From positions 8,563 to 72,562 of the forward strand of contig JBBDQR010000157.1 in assembly GCA_040905885.1 (NCBI GenBank): a stretch of 64,000 nucleotides of DNA, in the 5' to 3' direction. The notes under the pieces were generated by a model, which was not told where the DNA came from, did no database searches, and worked only from the letters and a program-made list of their open reading frames with translations. Positions 1 through 8,706 of the stretch are shown here, piece by piece. Numbering within the stretch: the first letter of the stretch is position 1; every line of letters starts with the position of its first letter. The position numbers and the translations under genes are program-made. This DNA comes from Gaiellaceae bacterium. GTDB taxonomy: Bacteria; Actinomycetota; Thermoleophilia; Gaiellales; Gaiellaceae.

Positions 1-3000
1 CTTCGACGGCAGCGGTATCGTCGCCTCGTCCGACGGCAACCTCGTCGACGGGAACTACGTCGGCACCGATGGCACCGAGGACCTCGGCAACGGCCTCTGG
101 GGCGTCCATGTCGACGGCTTCGAGAACCACGTCGAGGACAACGTCATCTCCGGCAACGGCAACTCGGGCGTCCGGCTCCTGCTCGAGGACGAGAACGTCG
201 TCGAGCGCAACCACATCGGGACGAACGCGGCGGGCGACGCCGCGATCCCGAACGGGGAGGCCGGCATCTCGATCGAGAGCTCGGCCCAGAACGAGATCCG
301 CGACAACGTCATCTCGGGGAACACGTACTGGGGCATCGCGGTCGCGACCAGCGGGGACGGGAACTTCATCTACGACAACAAGATCGGCGTCGCGGCCGAC
401 GGCGTCTCCCCGCTCGGCAACGGGCTCCACGGCATCTCCGTGACCAGCTCGGACTTCACGATCGTCGGCGACAACGGGACCGTGCCGGAGGGCGTGCCGG
501 CCGGCGGGCCGAACACGATCGCCTACAACGGCGGCGACGGCGTCCGCGTCGAGAGCGGCGGCGGCAACCGCATCGTTGCGAACTCGATCCACGACAACAC
601 CGAGCTCGGGATCAACCTCTTCGAGGGCGCGAACGGCGACCAGGGCGCGCCGGAGATCCAGAGCATCGAGTTCTCCGCGGAGTCGACCGACGAGGTGGAC
701 ATCCTCACCAACTTCGTCGCGCCCCGTCCCGGAACGTATCGGGTCGACTACTACGCGAACGACGAGTGCGACGGCCCCGACGGCGGCGAGGGCAAGCGGC
801 ACCTCGGCCACGATCTGACGACCGCGGAAACCGGCTCGTCGAGCATCGACTCGACGAACTTCGGTCCCGTGGCGGTGGGAGACGTGATCACCGCCACCGT
901 CAGCAGCCCCGTGGCCGACGACGAGGAGGGGACGCACCCGCTGAACACGTCAGAGTTCTCGGCCTGCTTCACGGTCGCGGCCCCCGGCTTCGTTGTCACC
1001 AACACGAACGACAGCGGCGCCGGCTCGCTGCGGCAGGCGATCCTCGACGCGAACGCGAACGAGGGGCCGGACACGATCCGGTTCGCGATTACCGGCGCGG
1101 GGCCGCACGTGATCACGCCGAGCACACCGCTGCCCGACGTCACCGGCCCGACGACGATCGACGGCTACACGCAGGCGGGCGCGAGCCCGAACACGCTCGC
1201 GATGGGCAGCGACGCCGTCCTGAAGATCGTCATCTCCGGAGCCAACATGCCGGCCTCGCCCCCATCGCACGCGGGCATCAGCCTCACCGGCACGGACAGC
1301 CTCGTCCGCGGACTGGTCATCAACGGCCCGTTCACCTACGGCATCCGGGTCGAGGGAAGCGGCAACGCGGTTCGGGGGAACTTCATCGGTACCAACGCGG
1401 CCGGGACGGCGGCCGCCGGAGTGACCCAGTATGGCGTCGCCGTCTCCGGTTCAGGCGCCGCCGGCAACAGCGTTGGCGGCTCCGCGCCCGCGAACCGCAA
1501 CGTCATCTCGGGCGCCCACAACTCGTCGCTCGGCGGCAGCGGCGTCTCGATCAGCCTCGGCGCCTTCGGCAACTCCGTCGTCGGCAACTACATCGGCACG
1601 AATGCAGCCGGGACGGCCGCGCTCCCGAACGACGGCGGGCTGAACATCATCAGCGGCGCCTTCGGCAACACCGTCGGCGGGGAATCGGCCGCGGCAGGCA
1701 ACGTCATCGCCGGCAACCTCCAGGAGGGCATCCACCTCCAGCAGGACGGGACGGCCAACAACATGATCCTCTCCAACAGGATCGGCGTCTCGGCCGGCGG
1801 GTTCGCGCTGGGGAACGGTGGGAGCGGTGTTCAGATGGCCTTCAGCTTCACGGGGCCGGCCGACACGCTGATCGCCGACAACGAGATCGCCTACAACGGC
1901 GGAATCGGCGTCCGCCCCGACGGCCCCGGGCACGCGATCCTCGCGAACTCGATCCACGACAACGGCGGGCTCGGCATAGACCTCGGCTCGTCCGGCGTGA
2001 CCCCGAACGACACGAGCGAGACCGACGGCTTCCAGAACTTCCCCGTGCTGAACACCGTCCAGATCCCCGACGAGGGCCCGCAGACGATCACGGGCACGCT
2101 CGACAGCACCCCCGGAGCCGGCTTCACGATCGAGTTCTTCTCGAGCGACAGCTGCGATCCCTCCGGCAACGGCGAGGGCCAGACCTTCCTCGGCTCGATC
2201 TCCGTGGAGACGGACGTCGAGTTCGGCACGGACTCCTTCCAGTTCGCCCCCGAGACGGCGATCCCGGGCGAGAGGGTCGTGACGGCCACCGCCACCCGCT
2301 CCGAGGGGAGCACCTCCGAGTTCTCGGCATGCGCGGCCGTGATCGCAGCGGTCGAGGACTTGAGGGTCACGGTGCAGGAGTCGACCCTGCCGTCCGGCTG
2401 GGACAGCATCGCGCTCTCCGCGTTCCCGGCCAGCGCGCTGCCCTTCTTCGCCGGCCCGCTGACCTCGCCCGTCGGCTCGACGCCGGTCGGCTCGACCCCC
2501 GTCGGCTCGACGCCGGTTGGTTCGACCCCGGTCGGCTCGACCCCCGTTGGCTCCACGCCCGTCGGCTCCACGCCGGTCGGCTCGACCCCCGTCGGATCGA
2601 CGCCCGTGGGATCGACGGGGCTCGCCGGCATCCCCGTCGGCTCGACGGCGCTGAACTTCGTGCTCGCGTCGTCGATCCCGATCGACTGGGATCCGGTGAC
2701 CGCCGGCTCGGGTCTCGCGGGCCGCTCGCCGCAGACGTTCACGCTCCAGGACGTCCTCGACGACGCCGCCGCGCGGACGAACTTCTACGACCAGGTGACC
2801 CTGGGCGAGGCGCAGCTCGAGCGGACGGTGCTGCGCGGCGTGAGCTGGTCCTCCGTGCTGATCGGGAGCAAGACGATCGCCGAGGTACCGGCGCCCGGCG
2901 GTGGAACCTGGGCGGACTTCCTCGAGATCGACGACGGCGTCACCGACGCGACGACGATCCTCGGGCTCGACATCGCGGGCCGGCTGCGCTCCTCGCCCGT

Positions 3001-6000
3001 CGGCTCCACCCCCGTCGGCTCGACGCCCGTCGGCTCGACCCCGGTCGGCTCCACGCTCGTCGGGGACATCGCCGGCGGGATCGCGAACACCCCGGTCGGC
3101 TCGACCCCCGTCGGGAGCACGCACTTCGCCGACACCCGGCTCGGCGAGGTCCCCCTCGACGAGATCGCCAACATCGCGGCGGTCGTCGACTGCGGCGTGC
3201 TCGGCGGCTGCTCCGGGAAGACGCTCGGCGACGCGCGCGCGGCCGGAGCGATCCTCCTGACGGCGACGCTCGCCGACCTCGCCCCGGCGATCAACCACCT
3301 GACGATCAACGAGCTCGTGATCGCGGTCGTGGGACGCGCCGGGCTCCCGTGGGAGGCGCTGCCCATCGGCGAGTTCTCCGCCTACGCCGACCCGCGGACG
3401 ACGGCGCACTACACGCTCTCCTTCAAGGCGGCGTGCCCGGCGCCGACGCTCGAGGCGAGCGTCCTCCTCCCCTTCCACTTCATCCTCACTCCGGGGTCGT
3501 CGGAGCTCAGCGTCGCCGGCGGGCCGTTCACCGACATCGACGATCCGGAGACCGACGCCGTCACCGGCGCGACCTGGACGCTCGACGACACCTGCGTGGA
3601 GGGCCAGGGCGCCCAGCAGCCCGTGGCGATCCGCTTCGAGGCCACGACCGGCTCGCGGGTCGGCAGGCAGACCTCCTCCGCCGAGGTGAGCGCCGGCAGC
3701 GAGACCTTCGCGGCGAACGGCCAGGCGCCCCTCGTCGTGCAGCAGCGCGGCGAGTTCGACGACGTCACCCCCACCACGATCGAGCCCGACCGCATCTACC
3801 TCCGCCACACGCCGACGACCGGCGACGTCGACACGTACCGGCTGCCGATCCCCGCCGAGGGGACGGTCGTGCGGGTCTTCCTCGGCCATCTGGCGACCGA
3901 CCTCGACCTCGCGATGCAGATCCCGCAGCAGACGCTGCAGTCCGCTCCGGTCGGCTCGACGCCGGTCGGCTCGACGCCGATCGAGGACCGGGGCATCTCG
4001 ATCACCGGCGACAACCCCGGTCTCCCGCCCGAGGGCCTCCAGGACATCCCGGTGGGCTCGACTCCCGTCGGGTCGACGCCCGTCGGGAGCACTTCGATCA
4101 ACCGGGGCACGACTGACGAGGTCGTCGAGGTGGTCTCGAACGGCGAGACGGGTTTCTACACGATCCGGGTCGTCGGCTACAACGGTGCGTCGGCCGCCGA
4201 CGGCTACACGCTCCGCGTGCAGCAGACGGCTCCTCCCGAGCTACCCCCCTGCCCCCCGCGCTCGTTCGAGTTCGACACAGACCCGTACGGCTCCGGCGAC
4301 CAGGCCGAGGTGCCGGTGACGCTGCCCGATCCGGCGTCGCTGCCGGCCGGCACGAAGACGCTGTTCCTGCTCCTCGACAACCAGCTGCGCGACCTGTACG
4401 GCCGCGCCGAGGTCGACGCGCTGCTCGCGGCGCTCGATCCGATGACGCCCACGAACGTGACCGCGCACCCGCTCGTGCAGGGCGTACCGCTTCGGCTCGA
4501 CGGGAACCCCGCGGTCGCGCAGGCGATCCGGGCGCTGAACGACGACCCGTGCGCGAGCCCGAACGACTTCGTGCGGGCGGTCAACGACGCGCTCGTCCCC
4601 TACCGGGGGGCGCTCGACGACCTCGAGTACGTCGTCTTCCTCGGCACGAACGAGGCCTTCCCGATGGGCTGGAAGCGCGACCGGGTCACGCTCTCGAACG
4701 CGACCGACTACGCCGCGAGCCTGCTCTTCACGACGGAGAACGGGACGAAGGCGAATGCGTCCTACGCCGCCGCCTTCAAGGGCTACGTCATGACGGACGA
4801 CGTGTACACCTCGCTCACGGAGCGGCCCTTCCTGGGCGAGTCGTTCCCGCTCCCCGACCTGGCCAGCGGCCGCCTGCTCGAGACACCGCAGGACATGGTC
4901 GCGCAGATGACGCAGTTCGTCGCGTCGGGCGGCGTCTACGACCCGACGACGGCCCGCAGCTACACGGCCGCGTACGACTTCCTGCTCGACGGAGGCACGA
5001 GCGTCAACAACCGCTTCGAGACCCAGTTCGGGCTCCTCAACACGCTGGCCAGGCTGACCGACACTTGGGACGCCACGCAGGTCATCACCGACTACTTCTC
5101 GGCCGCCGACCCGGCCGAACTCGGCGCCGTCTGGGGTCACTACGACCACTTCCGGATGCAGCCGGCGGCCGGGACGGAACTCGTCTCGACGGAGTCGATC
5201 GCGCTCGACCCGCTCGTCGGGGAGCGCTTCCCCGGGCGCATCGCCTTCACCGTGGGCTGCAACGCCGGCCAGAACGTTGCCGACACCTTGATCCGCAACT
5301 TCTCCTCGAGCCCGCTCGTGGCGGAGGACCAGGCGCGCCGGCTGCGCGACTGGGCGCAGAGCTGGGCGCATCAGGGCACTGCCGTCTACATCGGCAACAC
5401 GAGCTTCGGCTACGGCGACACCGACTTCGTCGCGCTGTCCGAGAAGCTGGGCGACTTCTTCGCCGAGCGCCTCCCCCAGGACACGAGCATGGGCCAGAAG
5501 CTCGTGGCGGTGAAGCACGAGTACTTCAACCAGATGGGCACCTACGGCGTGTTCGACGAGAAGGCGCTCGTCGAGTGGACGCTCTTCGGGCTGCCGCACT
5601 ACCGCCCGAGCTCCGGCACGACCCCGACCTTCCCCGCGGCCCCCGCGACCTCGCCCGATCCGGACACCGGGCTCGAGTCCGCGGCGCTGACGCTCACCTC
5701 GGCCCAGCTGGCGAAGACGCGCGTGGACGGGCCGCCGGGTGGACGCGGGACGTTCTGGCAGGCGGCCGACGGAAGCACGCACTCACAGCCGTACCGGCAG
5801 CCGCAGTCCGTGCACTTCTTCGACCAGACCGTGGCCGGGCACGAGCTCCGCGGAGCGATGATCAAGAGCCTGGCCTCGACGAACTTCGAGGTCGATCCGC
5901 ACCTGCACATCCCGACGGTCGACAACCAGGCACACGAGCCCGAGCCGGTCGGCTTCACGAACACCTTCTTCCCGGCGAACCACGTCAGCGTCACCGAGAC

Positions 6001-7009
6001 GGCCGGGCGGTCGATCGTGACGGTCGTGGACAGCCAGCAGCGGCCGACGGTCCCGCTCTCGGAGAACGTCGCGACGCGGCTGATCACCGGCATCGGCCTG
6101 AAGCTCTTCTACGCGCCTGACGGCGCCGCGGACGGCCCGCCGCCGGTCTTCGTCGAGTCTGGCGCCACGCGCGTGGGCACCGAGCTGACGCTCTTCGCGC
6201 GGCTGCGCGGCAACCCGCTCGTCGTCGAGGCGCTCGTGACGCAGGACGGCGTCTCCTGGCAGCTCGTCTCCCTGACCAACACGCCCGGGACCGACGTCTG
6301 GACGGCGACGCACACGCTGGCGACCGACGCCGACGCCGACATGCTCTTCGACGCGGTCAACGGGTTCGGCCGCGTCGCGTACACGACCGCCAAGGGCGCG
6401 CTGCACCGGTCCGTGCCGGCACCGGAGGCGAACGACGAGCTCGAGGTCATCATCGAGAGCCCGCCGGAGGGCGCGGTCTACACGAAGGGCCAGGGCGTCC
6501 AGGCCCTCTACGGCTGCATCGGCGCGTTCGTCACCCTCTGCCAGGGCCCGGTGGGCCACGGCGGCGCGGTCGACACGAACACGGTCGGCGAGCGCGCATT
6601 CACCGTGCAGGCCCGGAACGTGAGCGGCGCCGAGGACTCCGACACGAACATCTACTTCGTCCATTACTCGTTCAGCGGCTTCTTCTCGCCCATCGCCAAC
6701 CCGCCGGTGCTCAACACCGTCAAGGGCGGATCCGCGGTGCCGGTGAAGTTCAGCCTCGGAGGCGACCAGGGCCTCGCGATCTTCGCGCCCGGATATCCGA
6801 AGTCGCAGGTCATGGGATGTGACGGCTCGGATCTCAACTCCGTCACCGACACGCTGACCGCAGGCTCGAGCTCGTTGCAGTACGACCCGGCGACCGATCG
6901 CTACACCTACGTCTGGAAGACGGAGAAGGCCTGGGCCGGGCTCTGCCGGAAGCTGATCCTCCGCCTCAACGACGGCACCGACCACATAGCGCTGTTCAAG
7001 TTCAAGTAG
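1..7009 (+). CDS. giant secreted multidomain protein, 5' end outside window: two right-handed beta-helix (NosD/CASH-type) modules, PVGST repeat clusters, PPC-like domain, C25 (gingipain)-like cysteine peptidase region, C-terminal PxKF-like domain
   Basis: Frame 2 is open from nt 2 (FDGSGIVASSDGNLVDGNYVGTDG...), so the ORF-track start at 440 is internal. Supporting motifs: periodic N.I.GN..GI beta-helix turns; GSLRQAILDANAN (CSLREA-like); two modules ending in TSEFSAC; DVDTYRL..DLDLAM...YTLRV (PPC-like); PDLASGRL, GHYDHF and FTVGCNAG (clan CD/C25-like); SAVPVKFSL near the C-terminus. Stop TAG at 7007-7009. Confidence 0.8.
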   Translation, partial: FDGSGIVASSDGNLVDGNYVGTDGTEDLGNGLWGVHVDGFENHVEDNVISGNGNSGVRLLLEDENVVERNHIGTNAAGDAAIPNGEAGISIESSAQNEIRDNVISGNTYWGIAVATSGDGNFIYDNKIGVAADGVSPLGNGLHGISVTSSDFTIVGDNGTVPEGVPAGGPNTIAYNGGDGVRVESGGGNRIVANSIHDNTELGINLFEGANGDQGAPEIQSIEFSAESTDEVDILTNFVAPRPGTYRVDYYANDECDGPDGGEGKRHLGHDLTTAETGSSSIDSTNFGPVAVGDVITATVSSPVADDEEGTHPLNTSEFSACFTVAAPGFVVTNTNDSGAGSLRQAILDANANEGPDTIRFAITGAGPHVITPSTPLPDVTGPTTIDGYTQAGASPNTLAMGSDAVLKIVISGANMPASPPSHAGISLTGTDSLVRGLVINGPFTYGIRVEGSGNAVRGNFIGTNAAGTAAAGVTQYGVAVSGSGAAGNSVGGSAPANRNVISGAHNSSLGGSGVSISLGAFGNSVVGNYIGTNAAGTAALPNDGGLNIISGAFGNTVGGESAAAGNVIAGNLQEGIHLQQDGTANNMILSNRIGVSAGGFALGNGGSGVQMAFSFTGPADTLIADNEIAYNGGIGVRPDGPGHAILANSIHDNGGLGIDLGSSGVTPNDTSETDGFQNFPVLNTVQIPDEGPQTITGTLDSTPGAGFTIEFFSSDSCDPSGNGEGQTFLGSISVETDVEFGTDSFQFAPETAIPGERVVTATATRSEGSTSEFSACAAVIAAVEDLRVTVQESTLPSGWDSIALSAFPASALPFFAGPLTSPVGSTPVGSTPVGSTPVGSTPVGSTPVGSTPVGSTPVGSTPVGSTPVGSTGLAGIPVGSTALNFVLASSIPIDWDPVTAGSGLAGRSPQTFTLQDVLDDAAARTNFYDQVTLGEAQLERTVLRGVSWSSVLIGSKTIAEVPAPGGGTWADFLEIDDGVTDATTILGLDIAGRLRSSPVGSTPVGSTPVGSTPVGSTLVGDIAGGIANTPVGSTPVGSTHFADTRLGEVPLDEIANIAAVVDCGVLGGCSGKTLGDARAAGAILLTATLADLAPAINHLTINELVIAVVGRAGLPWEALPIGEFSAYADPRTTAHYTLSFKAACPAPTLEASVLLPFHFILTPGSSELSVAGGPFTDIDDPETDAVTGATWTLDDTCVEGQGAQQPVAIRFEATTGSRVGRQTSSAEVSAGSETFAANGQAPLVVQQRGEFDDVTPTTIEPDRIYLRHTPTTGDVDTYRLPIPAEGTVVRVFLGHLATDLDLAMQIPQQTLQSAPVGSTPVGSTPIEDRGISITGDNPGLPPEGLQDIPVGSTPVGSTPVGSTSINRGTTDEVVEVVSNGETGFYTIRVVGYNGASAADGYTLRVQQTAPPELPPCPPRSFEFDTDPYGSGDQAEVPVTLPDPASLPAGTKTLFLLLDNQLRDLYGRAEVDALLAALDPMTPTNVTAHPLVQGVPLRLDGNPAVAQAIRALNDDPCASPNDFVRAVNDALVPYRGALDDLEYVVFLGTNEAFPMGWKRDRVTLSNATDYAASLLFTTENGTKANASYAAAFKGYVMTDDVYTSLTERPFLGESFPLPDLASGRLLETPQDMVAQMTQFVASGGVYDPTTARSYTAAYDFLLDGGTSVNNRFETQFGLLNTLARLTDTWDATQVITDYFSAADPAELGAVWGHYDHFRMQPAAGTELVSTESIALDPLVGERFPGRIAFTVGCNAGQNVADTLIRNFSSSPLVAEDQARRLRDWAQSWAHQGTAVYIGNTSFGYGDTDFVALSEKLGDFFAERLPQDTSMGQKLVAVKHEYFNQMGTYGVFDEKALVEWTLFGLPHYRPSSGTTPTFPAAPATSPDPDTGLESAALTLTSAQLAKTRVDGPPGGRGTFWQAADGSTHSQPYRQPQSVHFFDQTVAGHELRGAMIKSLASTNFEVDPHLHIPTVDNQAHEPEPVGFTNTFFPANHVSVTETAGRSIVTVVDSQQRPTVPLSENVATRLITGIGLKLFYAPDGAADGPPPVFVESGATRVGTELTLFARLRGNPLVVEALVTQDGVSWQLVSLTNTPGTDVWTATHTLATDADADMLFDAVNGFGRVAYTTAKGALHRSVPAPEANDELEVIIESPPEGAVYTKGQGVQALYGCIGAFVTLCQGPVGHGGAVDTNTVGERAFTVQARNVSGAEDSDTNIYFVHYSFSGFFSPIANPPVLNTVKGGSAVPVKFSLGGDQGLAIFAPGYPKSQVMGCDGSDLNSVTDTLTAGSSSLQYDPATDRYTYVWKTEKAWAGLCRKLILRLNDGTDHIALFKFK
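2468..2617 (+). repeat. 10 tandem 15-bp units encoding PVGST, in frame inside the giant CDS (an 11th unit follows at 2633-2647)
   Basis: Read directly: cccgtcggctcgacg / ccggtcggctcgacc ... repeated head to tail. Units differ mostly at third codon positions. Confidence 0.95.
2996..4093 (+). repeat. four further PVGST clusters in the same CDS (2996-3055 x4, 3092-3121 x2, 3947-3976 x2, 4049-4093 x3)
   Basis: Protein reads SSPVGSTPVGSTPVGSTPVGSTLVGD, NTPVGSTPVGSTH, SAPVGSTPVGSTPIE and DIPVGSTPVGSTPVGSTS. Coordinates were derived from the codon phase of the CDS. Confidence 0.9.
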
Positions 7010-7024
7010 ACCGACTAGCGACCG

Positions 7025-7429
7025 CTAATGCTGCTCGGCGGTGCGCCTGGCGAGCGTCTCGAGCAGCTTCCAGGCGATGCTGGCGTTCGTCTCGACGATC
7101 GGCCGGAACTCCCACGAGGTCAGCCCGAGCGCCAGGATGTCCGTCTCGGCCGTCACGGTCGCCGTGCGCGGAGCCTCGGCGATCAGCGCGATCTCGCCGA
7201 GATAGTCGCCTGCTCCGAGGCGGCGGACCTCCTCGCCGTCGACCTCGACGCGCGCCTCGCCCTGCTCGATCACGAAGAAGCCGACGCCGGTCTGGCCCTC
7301 CTCGGCGATCACGTCGCCGGAGGAGAAGCGCCGTTCCTTCATCGTGTTCGCGATGTCGCGCAGGTCGCGGGCGTCCAGACCCGCGAAGAGGGGCACCCTC
7401 TTGAGCAGCTCGATCCGGTTCTCGTCCAT
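7025..7429 (-). CDS. stand-alone cyclic-nucleotide-binding (CAP effector) domain protein
   Basis: VPLFAGLDARDLRDIA..., GDYLGEIALI...RTATV signature. TAGACT lies 7 nt upstream of the ATG. Confidence 0.85.
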   Translation of the reverse strand: MDENRIELLKRVPLFAGLDARDLRDIANTMKERRFSSGDVIAEEGQTGVGFFVIEQGEARVEVDGEEVRRLGAGDYLGEIALIAEAPRTATVTAETDILALGLTSWEFRPIVETNASIAWKLLETLARRTAEQH

Positions 7430-7475
7430 GCGCGAGAGTCTATTTGACGGACACCGCGTCTACACTGGAGCCTGC

Positions 7476-7548
7476 GGGGCGTTAGCTCAGCTGGGAGAGC
7501 GCCGGCTTTGCAAGCCGGAGGTCGCCGGTTCGATCCCGGCACGCTCCA
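7476..7548 (+). tRNA. tRNA-Ala: tRNA-Ala (anticodon TGC)
   Basis: GGGGCGTTAGCTCAGCTGGGAGAGC...CTTTGCAAG anticodon loop...GGTTCGATCCCGGCACGCTCCA. G3:U70 alanine identity pair present. CCA not encoded. Confidence 0.95.
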
Positions 7549-7559
7549 TCGGCCCGGCC

Positions 7560-8339
7560 TCACAGCTCCCCGTCGGGCACGACGCCGCGGTTGATGCTCG
7601 CGACCTGCTCGGCCGTGAACGGCGGGCGGGAGAGCTCCTCGCGGAGGTGGAACGCGCGGAACAGGTGGGCGATGTAGTGCATCCGCTGGTCGAAGTCCGA
7701 CCAGTCGCGCGCGCCGCAGTCGTCTCGGGCCGGCGGCACCGGCTCGAACCGCGCGAGCAGCTCGGTCAGCTCCGCCAGCCCTGGCTCGAGCAGCACCTCC
7801 GGGTACGGGTCGGCCAGATGCGTCCCGAGCGCCAGCACGCGGTCCGGCAGGGACAGGACCATGAGGCAGTCGCTGATCGCCTCGCGCGCGACCCCGCTCG
7901 CGGCACGCTGCGTTCCCGCGGCGACGAGCCAGGCGGCCGCGGCGCCGGTCCGGCGGCGAGCCGGCCCCCAGCACGCCGCCGAAGGGAAGAGCGCCTCGAG
8001 CGCGCGACGTCCCAGATCCTCATGCGTCGCGTACGGCGCGTCGAGCGCCTCACGGATCTCCGGCTGCAGGCGCGCCTGCTCGTGGAGGCCGATCTCGAGG
8101 TTCGCGAGGACGGCGAGCTCGACGCGCCGGTTCGGATCGCGCTCGACCCGCGCGCGCTCGTACCGCGCGAACGCCCGGCGGAGATACTCCTGACCGTCGG
8201 GCGGCTCGCCCGGCCGCAGCCCGTCGAGGAAGCGCCGGAACGCGGGCCCACCGGGCTCCGCGTCGGCGGCGCACTCGTGGAGGTAGCGCGCGAACTCGAG
8301 CCCGATCTCCTCGAAGACCCTGAGGTTCCCCCGCACCAC
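7560..8339 (-). CDS. conserved hypothetical protein (minimal ORF from GTG 8339; protein-like sequence continues in frame upstream to about 8705)
   Basis: ORF track gives 259 aa. The in-frame upstream translation reads EIEPTPGEARRIAAIADPVVRNLEITHCYWRLAAAYAARTGGGANWCTYATWASRQAGRTIRGEDLL... with no ATG/GTG/TTG. Confidence 0.6.
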   Translation of the reverse strand: MVRGNLRVFEEIGLEFARYLHECAADAEPGGPAFRRFLDGLRPGEPPDGQEYLRRAFARYERARVERDPNRRVELAVLANLEIGLHEQARLQPEIREALDAPYATHEDLGRRALEALFPSAACWGPARRRTGAAAAWLVAAGTQRAASGVAREAISDCLMVLSLPDRVLALGTHLADPYPEVLLEPGLAELTELLARFEPVPPARDDCGARDWSDFDQRMHYIAHLFRAFHLREELSRPPFTAEQVASINRGVVPDGEL

Positions 8340-8706
8340 GGCGTCGCTCGCTCGCTCGAAGGCGGCGAAGGGAGTGTGCAGCTCGGCCGTCAGCCGCCCG
8401 AGCCGCGTGTCGCGCCGAAAGAGGCCGCGGCGCAGCAGCCGGCGCCACAGCGTCGCGAGCGGATGGAGCAGCCAGCGGCGCGCTCCGAGCCGCCTGCCGA
8501 GCTGCGCGAGCAGGTCCTCCCCCCGGATCGTCCGCCCGGCCTGTCGAGAGGCCCAGGTCGCGTACGTGCACCAGTTCGCGCCTCCCCCGGTTCGCGCCGC
8601 ATATGCGGCGGCAAGGCGCCAGTAGCAGTGCGTGATCTCGAGGTTGCGGACGACCGGGTCGGCGATCGCGGCGATGCGCCGAGCCTCGCCCGGGGTCGGC
8701 TCGATC

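Noticed and set aside
2468-2617. The regular 15-bp repeat array was considered as a CRISPR array or minisatellite.
   Set aside because: The period is far too short, there are no spacers, and the array is perfectly in frame within a CDS encoding PVGST. It is a coding repeat.
766-6985. Very long alternative-frame ORFs inside the giant gene (766..4116 +, 1451..3889 -, 4241..5782 -, 4549..6120 +, 5783..6985 -).
   Set aside because: Their products are Arg/Gly/Pro/Ala low-complexity strings typical of out-of-frame translation of GC-rich coding DNA. The frame-2 product carries all recognisable domain motifs.
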